A stretch of DNA of 64,000 nt from a virus. The notes beneath the pieces were generated by a model. That model did no database searches. It saw only the letters and a program-made list of their open reading frames with translations, and had not been told where the DNA came from. Shown here piece after piece: positions 9,264 through 18,472 of this stretch (positions are counted from its first letter, which is position 1; every line of letters starts with the position of its first letter). The DNA lies in the IMG/VR virus record IMGVR_UViG_3300046777_002658, positions 96,001 to 160,000 of that record; one strand, written 5' to 3'. A program made the translations under genes and the position numbers.

Positions 9264-9429
9264 ACCCTTAACTGTACTAGAGTTTCTCTTAAAAGTTATG
9301 ATTCTAAACTCAAGGATGACTCAAGTTAACCTAGTCAAAGCAACTAAAAAGTTACAAAAAGCAAAGCTAAAACTAATAACAAGCAAAAAGCCGACAGAGC
9401 CAGGCAAAACAACTTACACATAAGTAGAT

Positions 9430-9461
9430 GGTCTTCTAGAAATAGAAGACCTTTTCTTTTT
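9430..9461 (+). terminator. Intrinsic terminator
   Basis: GGTCTTCTA-GAAA-TAGAAGACC followed by TTTTCTTTTT. Confidence 0.75.
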
Positions 9462-9504
9462 AATAGTATCAAGCAAGAAAAAAGAATAAAGTACGAATAA
9501 AAGT

Positions 9505-11880
9505 TTGATTAATATGAAACTAACACCTTTAAATAAGTATTGTGCAACTAACATAGACTTAGAAGCACAATCAGAGCTTGAGCTGCCCACAGAAGGTGAT
9601 GCTAAAGCTATTCTGATGAATATGATCATCAGTAACCAGTATTCAGACCCTTTAAAAGCTGCTTGCAGAGAAGCTTTGCAGAATGCTTTAGACGCCAATA
9701 AAGAAGCAGGCAACCAGCATCTACCTATAATCATTAACCTACCAACTAAAGAAGAGCCTCAACTGACTATATCCGACAATGGTAAGGGGATTGATGCTGA
9801 AAGGTTTGATAACGTCTACAGGAAGATTGGTCATTCAACAAAAAGCAATGACAACGAATTTATGGGAGGTTATGGAATGGGCAGGCTTTCCATGCTTGCA
9901 GTAGCCTCTCAAGTGTTAATAAACTCTGTATCTGCAGGTATCTATTACCAGCACTCAGCCTACATAAAAGAATCAGGAAACATAGGCTTTGCAACTTTCA
10001 GCTCTCAACCAACAGACAAACCCTCTGGAACACAAATAGTTATCCCAATAGACACAAAAGACCACTTGGAAGTTAACAAACATATCAAAGAGTTAACTAC
10101 CTGGGTAGAGCAGCCTGTTGAGGTATATCACAATGGAGAGTTATGTAACAATATTCAAAACACAAGTGACTGGTCTTTAAAAGGTTGCTACAAAGATTGT
10201 CCTTGGTATCTTAAGTTTCAAAATTGCATTAATGTCGAGGTTACTATACTCCAGGGTGACTTGCCTTATCAATTAAGCGGAAAGCTTTACACTGACCTAA
10301 AAGATCACTTTAAAAATTCTGTCGGGGAGTGGAATTTAACAAGTGGGATAGAGCTAAAAAACAACCTAGAGCTAAAAAACAACCTGGTTATAAGAATGCC
10401 AGTAGGGTCTCTGGAGTTAACTCAAAGCAGGGAAAGTCTAAGGATAAATGAATTTAACAAGAAAGCCTTAGAATTTATTCCTCTGCTGCTAGAGCATATT
10501 AAAGAAAAACTTGAAGAAGCGTTACTCAGTCAACCAAGTCTAAGAGAGGTCATAAGAACGTTCTTTCTAAACTATCCATTTAGCAGCTTTGAGTTTAGAG
10601 GCAGGCAGTTTACTAGACAAAGCTATAGCTATTATAATGCTTACTCACTAAGTGATTATCGCAGAGTTTTTCCTGAAAAGTGCACTCTAATCTGGGGTAG
10701 CGAAGAAACAACAAAAAATGCGCTAAGGAGGTGGATAGCTAAACTTAGCAAAGCAACTAGTCCCTTAATCTATAAATGCACAAACAGTATACTACCCTTT
10801 CTAGACTGTGTGTGGGTTGTATATCCAGAAGGTACTACTAAGGTTAAACTTGAGTTTAAGATCAGACAAGCTCTAAATATACCAACTAGTAAGCATATTC
10901 TGTGTATACCTACAAACCAAGACCCGGAGGAGTACATAAAAACTCACCCGCTGTTCTCCTTACTAGAAGATGTTCTAGTCTATAAGCCAATACAAAAAGA
11001 AAGAAAATATAATTCTAAACCTACCACCCTAAAGTCTCTTATCAAAGGTGGTAGTGCCAGAACTCTTTTGTCTAACGCAGGATCATTATCTCAAGGAGTC
11101 TATAACTGCACAGAAAAAGTCTTTGAGCTACCTGACTCGGGTATTTATGTCAAAACAGATGAAGCAAAAACTAGGTTAGGTTCTTACCATATACCTAAAT
11201 GGTTAGACCAGAGTACACTGTTCTTTGTTAGTGACTCTATAGCAGAAAAACTAAAGGAAAACCCTCAGTGGAAGTCCTTTTCAGATTACTCTAAAGAGCA
11301 GTTTACTAACCTTGTAAATACCCATAGAAAAGGATTGGAGTTACTAGACTGGTCTGTTGATAGTACCTGGGTATCAGGTGACTGTTACTTCTGTGGGCTG
11401 CCTTGCAATGAATTTCTTGCTAAGGTCATCAAAAAATCAATGAGTGCTACAGCTCAAAACTCAGAAGAATTATCGTTGGTTAACCTACTTCTGCACCCAG
11501 ATCAAGCTTTTTGGTTAAGTAAAGCTGGCGACTCTTTTTTTGTTAACTTTAGCGAAGAGAGCGAAGAGAGCAAAAAACTTCAAAGCATTAAGAACAAACT
11601 CAAAAACAACCGCTGGAGTCTAGGTCAATATCAAGTAAAGGCACTGTCTACAACTCTTTCTGTCAAACCTTACTACACTAGCCCAAATGAGTACGCAGCC
11701 CTTAAAGTTCCTATCTTTAAGAAACTAGCAGACAAGTACCCTCTACTGATGCTGCTAATACAGAACGTGGAGATTGGTACTCAGAAACCCACCACAAAAG
11801 AAAACTTACCTCTGGCAGAAAGAAACCTGTTAGAGTCAATTGAGCAATACATGGAGCAAATAAATGCAATACATAATTGA
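9505..11880 (+). CDS. rIIA: rIIA-like protein (GHKL ATPase N-terminus)
   Basis: YSDPLKAACREALQNALDA, ISDNGKGI, GGYGMG, MPVGSLELTQSRESL; directly followed by an rIIB-like gene. Confidence 0.8.
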   Translation: MINMKLTPLNKYCATNIDLEAQSELELPTEGDAKAILMNMIISNQYSDPLKAACREALQNALDANKEAGNQHLPIIINLPTKEEPQLTISDNGKGIDAERFDNVYRKIGHSTKSNDNEFMGGYGMGRLSMLAVASQVLINSVSAGIYYQHSAYIKESGNIGFATFSSQPTDKPSGTQIVIPIDTKDHLEVNKHIKELTTWVEQPVEVYHNGELCNNIQNTSDWSLKGCYKDCPWYLKFQNCINVEVTILQGDLPYQLSGKLYTDLKDHFKNSVGEWNLTSGIELKNNLELKNNLVIRMPVGSLELTQSRESLRINEFNKKALEFIPLLLEHIKEKLEEALLSQPSLREVIRTFFLNYPFSSFEFRGRQFTRQSYSYYNAYSLSDYRRVFPEKCTLIWGSEETTKNALRRWIAKLSKATSPLIYKCTNSILPFLDCVWVVYPEGTTKVKLEFKIRQALNIPTSKHILCIPTNQDPEEYIKTHPLFSLLEDVLVYKPIQKERKYNSKPTTLKSLIKGGSARTLLSNAGSLSQGVYNCTEKVFELPDSGIYVKTDEAKTRLGSYHIPKWLDQSTLFFVSDSIAEKLKENPQWKSFSDYSKEQFTNLVNTHRKGLELLDWSVDSTWVSGDCYFCGLPCNEFLAKVIKKSMSATAQNSEELSLVNLLLHPDQAFWLSKAGDSFFVNFSEESEESKKLQSIKNKLKNNRWSLGQYQVKALSTTLSVKPYYTSPNEYAALKVPIFKKLADKYPLLMLLIQNVEIGTQKPTTKENLPLAERNLLESIEQYMEQINAIHN

Positions 11881-12745
11881 CGACAAGCACATCACCATTC
11901 ACAAAGACGGTAAAACCCACTTGATCTCAAAGGATTCAAACTCCTACTTTGACTTTATTAAGAGCACGCTGCTGAAAGCAGGAACAGCAAACACTAATCT
12001 CTTAAGTTGGGGTGGACAAATAAAACAAGCAACTGCTGGAGCTTTTAATTATAACAAGGGAAAGTTCTATTATGAAGATGAACCAGTCCCTAAGTCAGTT
12101 GGTGAGAGAATTAAAGAGTTGGAAGACCAGAATCTTCCTTTTCAACCTTTGATCAACTTTTGGTTAAAGCTCAAAGACCACCCAGATAGAGAAATAAGAG
12201 AAAAATTAGGTCAGTCAGCAGGTAGACCTGGCATACCTTTGACTTGGGATGGAGACTTAATCCTTTACACTCGTGCAAGCTGGGTTCCTCCATCTGCTGA
12301 CAAAGAAGAAATAACCAGTCTAACAAACCTTAATAGGTTTACACGTTTGGACTGGAGTAGTAACAAGTTTACCCCAGGAAAAACAATGGTTTCATCGACA
12401 GCACTAATCTGTGGTGACTTTACCTGGATAACAGAGGTATGCCCTGATGCTGGAGTTATCTATGATATTCAAGTAAACCCTCTTCATGTTGTTAAAAGCA
12501 GCCCATTGGGCGGTAAACTAGAAGTAAGCCAGTTTACCTACCTTTCCCAGCTGGAGGAGCATTCTGCGCTGACTGACAAGATATTCTTTGTTAAAGTAGA
12601 GACTAACACTTTTGGGAAGCAGCTAGTGGTAAGAAAACCCTATTCTCCTGAGTCTCTAAGAGAGTATTTGGCTAATTTGATGCCTGGCACTAATAAAATG
12701 AAAGAGACTGAGAGTCAAACTGTTTCAGTGCGCGGCGGTTGTTAA
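11864..12745 (+). CDS. rIIB: rIIB-like protein
   Basis: Overlaps the rIIA stop; LPFQPLINFWLKL...P.T.DG......VNP..V pattern. Confidence 0.7.
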   Translation: MQYIIDDKHITIHKDGKTHLISKDSNSYFDFIKSTLLKAGTANTNLLSWGGQIKQATAGAFNYNKGKFYYEDEPVPKSVGERIKELEDQNLPFQPLINFWLKLKDHPDREIREKLGQSAGRPGIPLTWDGDLILYTRASWVPPSADKEEITSLTNLNRFTRLDWSSNKFTPGKTMVSSTALICGDFTWITEVCPDAGVIYDIQVNPLHVVKSSPLGGKLEVSQFTYLSQLEEHSALTDKIFFVKVETNTFGKQLVVRKPYSPESLREYLANLMPGTNKMKETESQTVSVRGGC

Positions 12746-12783
12746 TTTAGTTCAAGGGAGTCTTTTGGCTCCCCTAACCAATA

Positions 12784-13509
12784 ATGATTGATTCAAGAGA
12801 ATATACACACCCTAGTTATGGTCTAGTATCATTATCAAGGGTTCAAGCTAACAAATCTAACTGCTTTATGGCAGATGGGCTGGAAGTTGGTGGTTACATA
12901 AAAATGACAGTTAGCACTGCTTTCTTAAGTAGAAAGTTGTCTGGTTATAATCTTTACCCTGATAAGAATATCTTATCCTTAAGGATGTCTTATCACCAGT
13001 TTGCTGAGTTAATTACTAATTTTAACAACGGCTCTGGGACTGCTTGTACTCTTGAGTGGATTACACCTGCTGGTCAAGGAAAGGTTGAAGAGTATGTCTC
13101 TCCTCCCAGCGTTAGGTCAGAGTTTGAGCTTGATCTAAGAAAGCAACTAGACCAAGCTAACAAAATCTTGAAAGAACTTAAAGATAGCATAGCAGAGCTA
13201 GTAAACAAAGGTAAGGCAGGAAAGACAGAGTTAAAACAAGCTTCAGAACTTGTTAACAGAGTTGAGAGACAACTGTTTGACAGCACACCATACATAGAAA
13301 AAAGATTTGGTGAGGCTTTAGATAATGCTACTAGCCGCAGCAAAGCAGAGATTACTGCGTGGATGGATGCCCAACTGTCACGCATGGGTTTAGAGAGTCT
13401 ACGGCAAAAGCAAATAATGTCTGGTTCAAGCCCAGCACCGCTAGAAACAGATAAACCAGCAGGGGACTTAACGTCAGCTATTGGTACTGCTGTAGATTCT
13501 CTTCAATAA
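12784..13509 (+). CDS. Hypothetical phage protein
   Basis: 241-aa ORF, HPSYGLVSLSR N-terminus, coiled-coil C-terminus. Confidence 0.7.
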   Translation: MIDSREYTHPSYGLVSLSRVQANKSNCFMADGLEVGGYIKMTVSTAFLSRKLSGYNLYPDKNILSLRMSYHQFAELITNFNNGSGTACTLEWITPAGQGKVEEYVSPPSVRSEFELDLRKQLDQANKILKELKDSIAELVNKGKAGKTELKQASELVNRVERQLFDSTPYIEKRFGEALDNATSRSKAEITAWMDAQLSRMGLESLRQKQIMSGSSPAPLETDKPAGDLTSAIGTAVDSLQ

Positions 13510-13539
13510 CTGCACAGAACAATAGTCACAGGAGAAGAA

Positions 13540-14466
13540 ATGGCATACAAAAGTCAAAGAAGCCAGTTAGTAAACCGTCCGCTTCCTTCTTCATTTTCAG
13601 ATTTTAAAGCAAAGTACCCTACTCTGTTAAGGAAGCTAGTCTATTGGGCTAGTAGAAGGAGCTACAGTCTAAAAGATGCTGTTTTTAAAGAAGTAGTAAC
13701 TTATCTACATGAGTTAGTTATAAATCGCTCCACTGACTTTGCAGAGGCTAAACCTTATCTAGAAATATGGGATAGAACCTTATCTTCTAGAGAAAAGGAA
13801 GAGCTGTGGAAAGTAGTGCCTTATAGATTTCCTAACAAGGAGTTTCTAAAGTACAAAGACGCGCAATTAGAGAGCAGATGGTATACCGGCAGTTACTCTG
13901 TCTTAACAGAAAAGATAACAGATGAATTGTTCTACAAAAGTTCTCTGCAAGGTATTCTCACAGTCAACAGCTATAAAGCGACTATTCTTAACGCCGAAAG
14001 GATGCTGATTGTAGACGTAGATATTGATGGTGATTGTTTAGAATACAACAGAGCTCCAGTAAGTGAAAAGCAAGCTATCATAGCTCTCCGCGCTTGGCAA
14101 TCTCAACAAGGCGGTAACTTCAGAGTTTATAAGACAGCAGGTGGTCTGAGGTACATTGAGACCACTAAAGAGTGGCAGCCTTCAAGTCGTGATACAAAGG
14201 CTGTTATGGCTAACCTATACGCAGATTCTAAATACTCATTACTATGCCAAACCCAAGAAACTTTTAGAGCTAGGTTAACTCCTAAACCTTGGAGGTATGA
14301 AGACTGGGATGTTTACTGTGAAGATGAGCTTGAAGCAGAAGACGTTGGAGTCTGTAAACTCATAGGAGTGGTCGGGGATAAGAAAGTAGATGACAAGTTC
14401 AAAGATTTGATTAAGCTGCACGATAGGAAGACTAAAGCTTTTAGCAAAGACTTAGATTTAGTGTAA
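13540..14466 (+). CDS. Hypothetical protein
   Basis: 308-aa ORF; C-terminal FRVYKTAGGLRY...FRARLTPKPWR block looks like a conserved bacterial family of unknown function. Confidence 0.7.
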   Translation: MAYKSQRSQLVNRPLPSSFSDFKAKYPTLLRKLVYWASRRSYSLKDAVFKEVVTYLHELVINRSTDFAEAKPYLEIWDRTLSSREKEELWKVVPYRFPNKEFLKYKDAQLESRWYTGSYSVLTEKITDELFYKSSLQGILTVNSYKATILNAERMLIVDVDIDGDCLEYNRAPVSEKQAIIALRAWQSQQGGNFRVYKTAGGLRYIETTKEWQPSSRDTKAVMANLYADSKYSLLCQTQETFRARLTPKPWRYEDWDVYCEDELEAEDVGVCKLIGVVGDKKVDDKFKDLIKLHDRKTKAFSKDLDLV

Positions 14467-14740
14467 GCTACCAACAGTAGAGAAGAAGCGTCAGAGGAAA
14501 CTGCAGTCGCAAATGCAGGGCAGTAAGTTCTCAGTCATTCTTGGGAGACAAGGGCTCCCAGAGTTTGATAGCCGCAATAACTGTAGCCTGCATGGTCAGT
14601 TTGAAAGTGTTCAGGCTAAAGTTTCGTTTGTGCAAGGTCAAGCAACAATCAAGATTTAGACAATAAGGTAGAGGTTAACAGCCTCTACCAAACTATTCTC
14701 AGCAAGAAAAAAGAATAAAGCAAGAAATAGAAAAGTTGCC

Positions 14741-14949
14741 ATAACTATAGAATTTAAAACAGGTGACTTGCTGAAAGAACAAGCGCAAGCATTAGTAAAC
14801 ACGGTAAATTGTGTTGGTGTTATGGGTAAGGGCATTGCCAAGCAGTTTAAAGAAGCTTACCCAGAAAAATAGATTGGGCTGTAGTAAAACCTTTAATAGT
14901 AGCAGCTTTTGAAGAACTACTTGATGTCAAAGTGGTAATCTTTGAGTAA
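14741..14949 (+). pseudogene. Macrodomain (DarG/Appr-1''-p-like) gene remnant with internal deletion and frameshift
   Basis: [43 protein letters not shown] joined out of frame to [26 protein letters not shown]; not in the ORF track. Confidence 0.8.
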
Positions 14950-14994
14950 GAAAAGAATAATAACCAAAACAAACAATCAAACAACAAGAAATTT

Positions 14995-15528
14995 ATGCGA
15001 TTAACACAAGAACAAGTTTTAACCAATCTCAAAAACAACTATGATGAGTGCTCTCAAGCTTCTTGCAGCTTTTGGGTCACTTCTTTATGGACTAAGGAAA
15101 CAGTAGCAGAGCTACAAATTGCTGCTAAAGTCTTCTGGAAGCTGATCAAGACTTTTTTGTTTGTAGCCTTAACTGTTCTGACTGCCTTGCTTTACTACCC
15201 TACTTTGGGAGCAATAAAAATGTGGAACCTACTGGTAGAAACTGTAAACCCAATCTCCACCATTTTAAGTGTTTTAGAGGTTAGCACAGACAAGTTTACA
15301 GAGACAGAATACAAGTTTGATACTAAAATAGTTAAGGAGATAGAGAAACAGCAAAAAGACTCAACAGAAACCTCTTTTGATACAGCCAAACCTATTCTTC
15401 CACCTTTTGTTTATTTTGCGGCATCAAGAATAAATTCTTTCTTAAACACACCAATTGGTGAATTAATGAAGACCGACTTGATAGAATCTAACAACCAATC
15501 AAACACAAATGATGAATCAAGTGTTTAA
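14995..15528 (+). CDS. Hypothetical membrane-anchored protein
   Basis: One hydrophobic segment (TFLFVALTVLTALLYY). Confidence 0.6.
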   Translation: MRLTQEQVLTNLKNNYDECSQASCSFWVTSLWTKETVAELQIAAKVFWKLIKTFLFVALTVLTALLYYPTLGAIKMWNLLVETVNPISTILSVLEVSTDKFTETEYKFDTKIVKEIEKQQKDSTETSFDTAKPILPPFVYFAASRINSFLNTPIGELMKTDLIESNNQSNTNDESSV

Positions 15529-15904
15529 TCCCTTTAAAGTTATCAAGCAACAAGGAAAGCTTCTACAGCTGGCTTTAGAAAAGATAGCAGCTTTAGAAAA
15601 AGAAGTTTTAGAGTTAAAACAAAGTAATGTTCAGGACATTGCCTCTCTAACTCAGCACTTGAGTCCTGATCAGTTAAAAAGAATTGGGTGTGACCATTAC
15701 CCTGAGCTTGTAAAAGAATTAGCTCAAGAACTAAAGAAAGTTTCATATCTGATTCCCTTAGCCAGGGAAGTGGCAAAGCAGCCAGAAGTACAACAACGTG
15801 CGGCTAACTACTTAGCTCACAGAATATGCACAGCTTTATCACCTGATGCAAGCACCAAGGTTGTGGCAGTTAGACCTGATAACACCACAACCTTCATGGA
15901 TTAA
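15509..15904 (+). CDS. Hypothetical coiled-coil protein
   Basis: 131-aa ORF overlapping the upstream gene. Confidence 0.6.
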   Translation: MMNQVFNPFKVIKQQGKLLQLALEKIAALEKEVLELKQSNVQDIASLTQHLSPDQLKRIGCDHYPELVKELAQELKKVSYLIPLAREVAKQPEVQQRAANYLAHRICTALSPDASTKVVAVRPDNTTTFMD

Positions 15905-15945
15905 GCTACATTACTCACATTCAACATTTAACCCTCTTTACGCAA

Positions 15946-16575
15946 ATGACAACCAAAAAGATTACCATTACTAGAGCTTTAAAAGAACTGAAGACTTTGG
16001 GTGATCGCAGCAATAAAATGACCAGTGAAACTACTTTTTGTGTTTTACAAGAAAAGCCTGGTCAACTCCCTATTGGTTTTACTTCAGTGGAAGAGCTGGA
16101 AAAGAGCTTAAAAGCTAATTATCAGTCTTTAGTAGACTTGATAGCTTATCGGGAAAGAATCAAGCAGGCAATTGTAAACTCTAATGCCACCACAATGGTA
16201 ACTATTGCTGGTAAACAGTACACAGTAGCAGCAGCTATAGAAACCAAGCAAAGCTACCAGTACAAAATTGCTTTGGGTAGAGCAATGAAGTCTCAACTAG
16301 AAAAGGCTGTTAACTCTAAAAGCCGCTTAGATGCTCAACTTGCTAACAGACTAGATGAGCTTATTAAAACTACCTTTCAGGGTAAAGCTAATTTGACTGA
16401 GACTGACTACGCCTCTATAGCCAACCCTTTCCACGAAAGGAACGAGGTGAAGATTGTAGACCCGCTAGACCTTTCTAAGCTAATAAACTCTCTACATGAC
16501 GAAGTAGCTGAGTTTCTGAACAATGTAGATGATGTTGTTTCAGTGTCTAACTCAACAAACTTTATAGAAGTTTAG
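15946..16575 (+). CDS. Hypothetical helical/coiled-coil protein followed by a structured RNA
   Basis: ITITRALKELKTL...IKQAIVNSNATT.V.IAG..YTVAAAIE...IVDPL...F...VD...S.SN pattern; 209 aa. Confidence 0.75.
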   Translation: MTTKKITITRALKELKTLGDRSNKMTSETTFCVLQEKPGQLPIGFTSVEELEKSLKANYQSLVDLIAYRERIKQAIVNSNATTMVTIAGKQYTVAAAIETKQSYQYKIALGRAMKSQLEKAVNSKSRLDAQLANRLDELIKTTFQGKANLTETDYASIANPFHERNEVKIVDPLDLSKLINSLHDEVAEFLNNVDDVVSVSNSTNFIEV

Positions 16576-16596
16576 AACTTCTGTTAGAATACTCTT

Positions 16597-16883
16597 GTTG
16601 TCATAGCGAATAACTTAAAACAGAGAACCCTCTAGCTGGGGTAAAGGCTAACCAACACTCGGAGAAGTGTACATAAAAGGTATCTTTCTTTAGCTGGTCA
16701 GTGAACTATCCAAAGAAAAGACCTTAAAGCTCAATCTTCAAAGCTCAACTCTTAACTCTAAAACGCTTAGTATTCTTATTTATCAAAGTTCAACCATTAA
16801 TGGTCAACATTCGATAAAATCCTAAAGCAAGGTTTCAAGCGTTATTCTCTGTACGATAGTAACCATTAGGCTGCTATGCCAAC
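16597..16883 (+). ncRNA. Candidate structured ncRNA with 14-nt periodic repeats
   Basis: Ends pair (GTTGTCATAGC 16597-16607 / GCTATGCCAAC 16873-16883), inner ACAGAGAA/TTCTCTGT stem, repeats of AAAGCTCAA type, terminator immediately after. Confidence 0.55.
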
Positions 16884-16887
16884 CTCT

Positions 16888-16918
16888 AAAAGCCCTAGAG
16901 TTGTATCTAGGGCTTTTT
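16888..16918 (+). terminator. Intrinsic terminator
   Basis: AAAAGCCCTAGA-GTTGTA-TCTAGGGCTTTTT. Confidence 0.8.
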
Positions 16919-16937
16919 AGTAGATACTTACTTTATT

Positions 16938-17576
16938 TTGCTCATGTTCTACAAAAGAAGACAATGGAGTAGTAACAGACAGTTAGCCGCACTCAGCGGA
17001 TGTAGCGTTCTATTTTTTCTAATGTTTGAATTTCTGGTAGCAACAGTTATTAACTATCAAACACCAAAAGACTTATTTCCCTCGCATACTAACCAAGTAA
17101 ATACACAACCTGTAATACTTCCCCTACAGCAAATAAACCAAAAAGGTATCCAACTAGTCAAACACTTTGAAGGTCTTTATCTCTCTCCTTATGTATGTCC
17201 TAGTGGAAAAAAGACCATTGGGTTTGGTCATACAGGAAAAAAGGCTAGAGAAGGAAGAAAAATAACTGCTGCTCAAGCCGAGGCACTTTTACAACAAGAC
17301 TTAGCAAAAGCAGAAGCAGTTGTCAGAAAGTTTGTGAAAGTTCCTCTTAACAGCAACCAGTTTAGTGTATTAGTCTCTTTTACTTTTAATACTGGTGCAG
17401 GAGCTTTTCAGAGGTCTACACTTCTAAAGCTAGTTAATCAACAAGACTTTGCTGGTGCTGCTGTTGAGTTAGGTAAGTGGGTGCATGGTAACAGAGGTAG
17501 AAGGCTACAAGGTCTAGTTCTTAGAAGAGAAGCAGAAAGAAAACTATTTGAGGAGCCCGTAGCAAATGAGTTTTGA
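16938..17576 (+). CDS. GH24 lysozyme / endolysin with N-terminal hydrophobic segment
   Basis: GIQLVKHFEG...PYVCPSGKKTIGFGHT, LNSNQFSVLVSFTFNTG, GLVLRREAERKLF. Confidence 0.92.
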   Translation: MLMFYKRRQWSSNRQLAALSGCSVLFFLMFEFLVATVINYQTPKDLFPSHTNQVNTQPVILPLQQINQKGIQLVKHFEGLYLSPYVCPSGKKTIGFGHTGKKAREGRKITAAQAEALLQQDLAKAEAVVRKFVKVPLNSNQFSVLVSFTFNTGAGAFQRSTLLKLVNQQDFAGAAVELGKWVHGNRGRRLQGLVLRREAERKLFEEPVANEF

Positions 17577-17883
17577 AGATGATGTAGAAAGATTTTTAAC
17601 AGTATCTTCTAATCATGCAACCCCAAACGACTTTAATCTAATGACTTCAAGTGCTGAAAAATCACTAATGGTTTTTAGAGAAAGTATGGACGAGGCTGGT
17701 GTGATACTTAACATTGGCTATATTGAAGGCTGTGGTTTTGATAGAGAAGCTTTGTCTGCTTTAAAGTTTAGTGACCTGTTCTGCAACCTTATAGAGTGGG
17801 CTATAAAGAACAATATTTCCTGGGTGAGAATTGACAGGGACGGTACAAAAATAGATGGTTTATCTCAATGTGACTGGCAGTAA
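17566..17883 (+). CDS. Hypothetical protein (DUF5983-like)
   Basis: LTVSSNH...LIEWA....+.W+RIDRDG..+DGL....W pattern recalled from that family. Confidence 0.5.
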   Translation: MSFEDDVERFLTVSSNHATPNDFNLMTSSAEKSLMVFRESMDEAGVILNIGYIEGCGFDREALSALKFSDLFCNLIEWAIKNNISWVRIDRDGTKIDGLSQCDWQ

Positions 17884-17887
17884 AATA

Positions 17888-18319
17888 ATGAAAACATTCT
17901 TTTTAAAGACTCCATCAAAGTTTTTCACCCCTGTTTGGGCTGAAACAAAGCCTTTTGAGCTGCTAGAAGACAGAGGCTACCAAGTAGGCGATCGCATAGT
18001 AAGACTTGAGTTTCATGAATCTGCTAACCAGTTTACTGGTAGACTAGCAGACGCTTACACAAGCTACAAGATAGATAGTAATGAATTAGGCTTAGAAAAA
18101 GGTTTCTGTGTACTAGGGCTGACTAAAGTTAAGCTGTTAGATGTCTACAAGCTGGAGCTTTCTTCCTTTAACTATCAGCTTCTCTACAAAGAAGGTCTCC
18201 AACATCTGAGAACAGAATTAGAAGAAGCTTATGCAGAGTGCTCTTCTAACCTTGATGAGGATTTAGGTTCTGAGCTTGAAGTTTACTTAAACAGTGATTA
18301 TAACCAAGATGCAGCATGA
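17888..18319 (+). CDS. DUF3850/ASCH-like protein (divergent paralogue of 4220..4474)
   Basis: LKT...FF..V....K.FEL..DRGYQVGD.+...EF...GFCVLGL. Confidence 0.6.
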   Translation: MKTFFLKTPSKFFTPVWAETKPFELLEDRGYQVGDRIVRLEFHESANQFTGRLADAYTSYKIDSNELGLEKGFCVLGLTKVKLLDVYKLELSSFNYQLLYKEGLQHLRTELEEAYAECSSNLDEDLGSELEVYLNSDYNQDAA

Positions 18320-18405
18320 AGGTTTTATCCTTGTTTAGTGGCATAGCAGGGCTGTGCAAATCAGTTTACCAGGAAACTTTGAAGCTAGAAGAGCATATGG
18401 TTTAA
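18316..18405 (+). pseudogene. C5-cytosine methyltransferase N-terminal stub
   Basis: MKVLSLFSGIAG is MTase motif I; the frame ends after 29 codons with no PC motif. Confidence 0.6.
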
Positions 18406-18472
18406 GCTGTAGCCCAAGACAGTCAGCAATCGCTTGGAAAAGAATTGATTACTTAACAAAGCTACTAAAAGA

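Noticed and set aside
10351-10386. 18-bp tandem duplication in rIIA (ELKNNL x2)
   Set aside because: Real, but an ordinary in-frame slippage duplication with no further structure.
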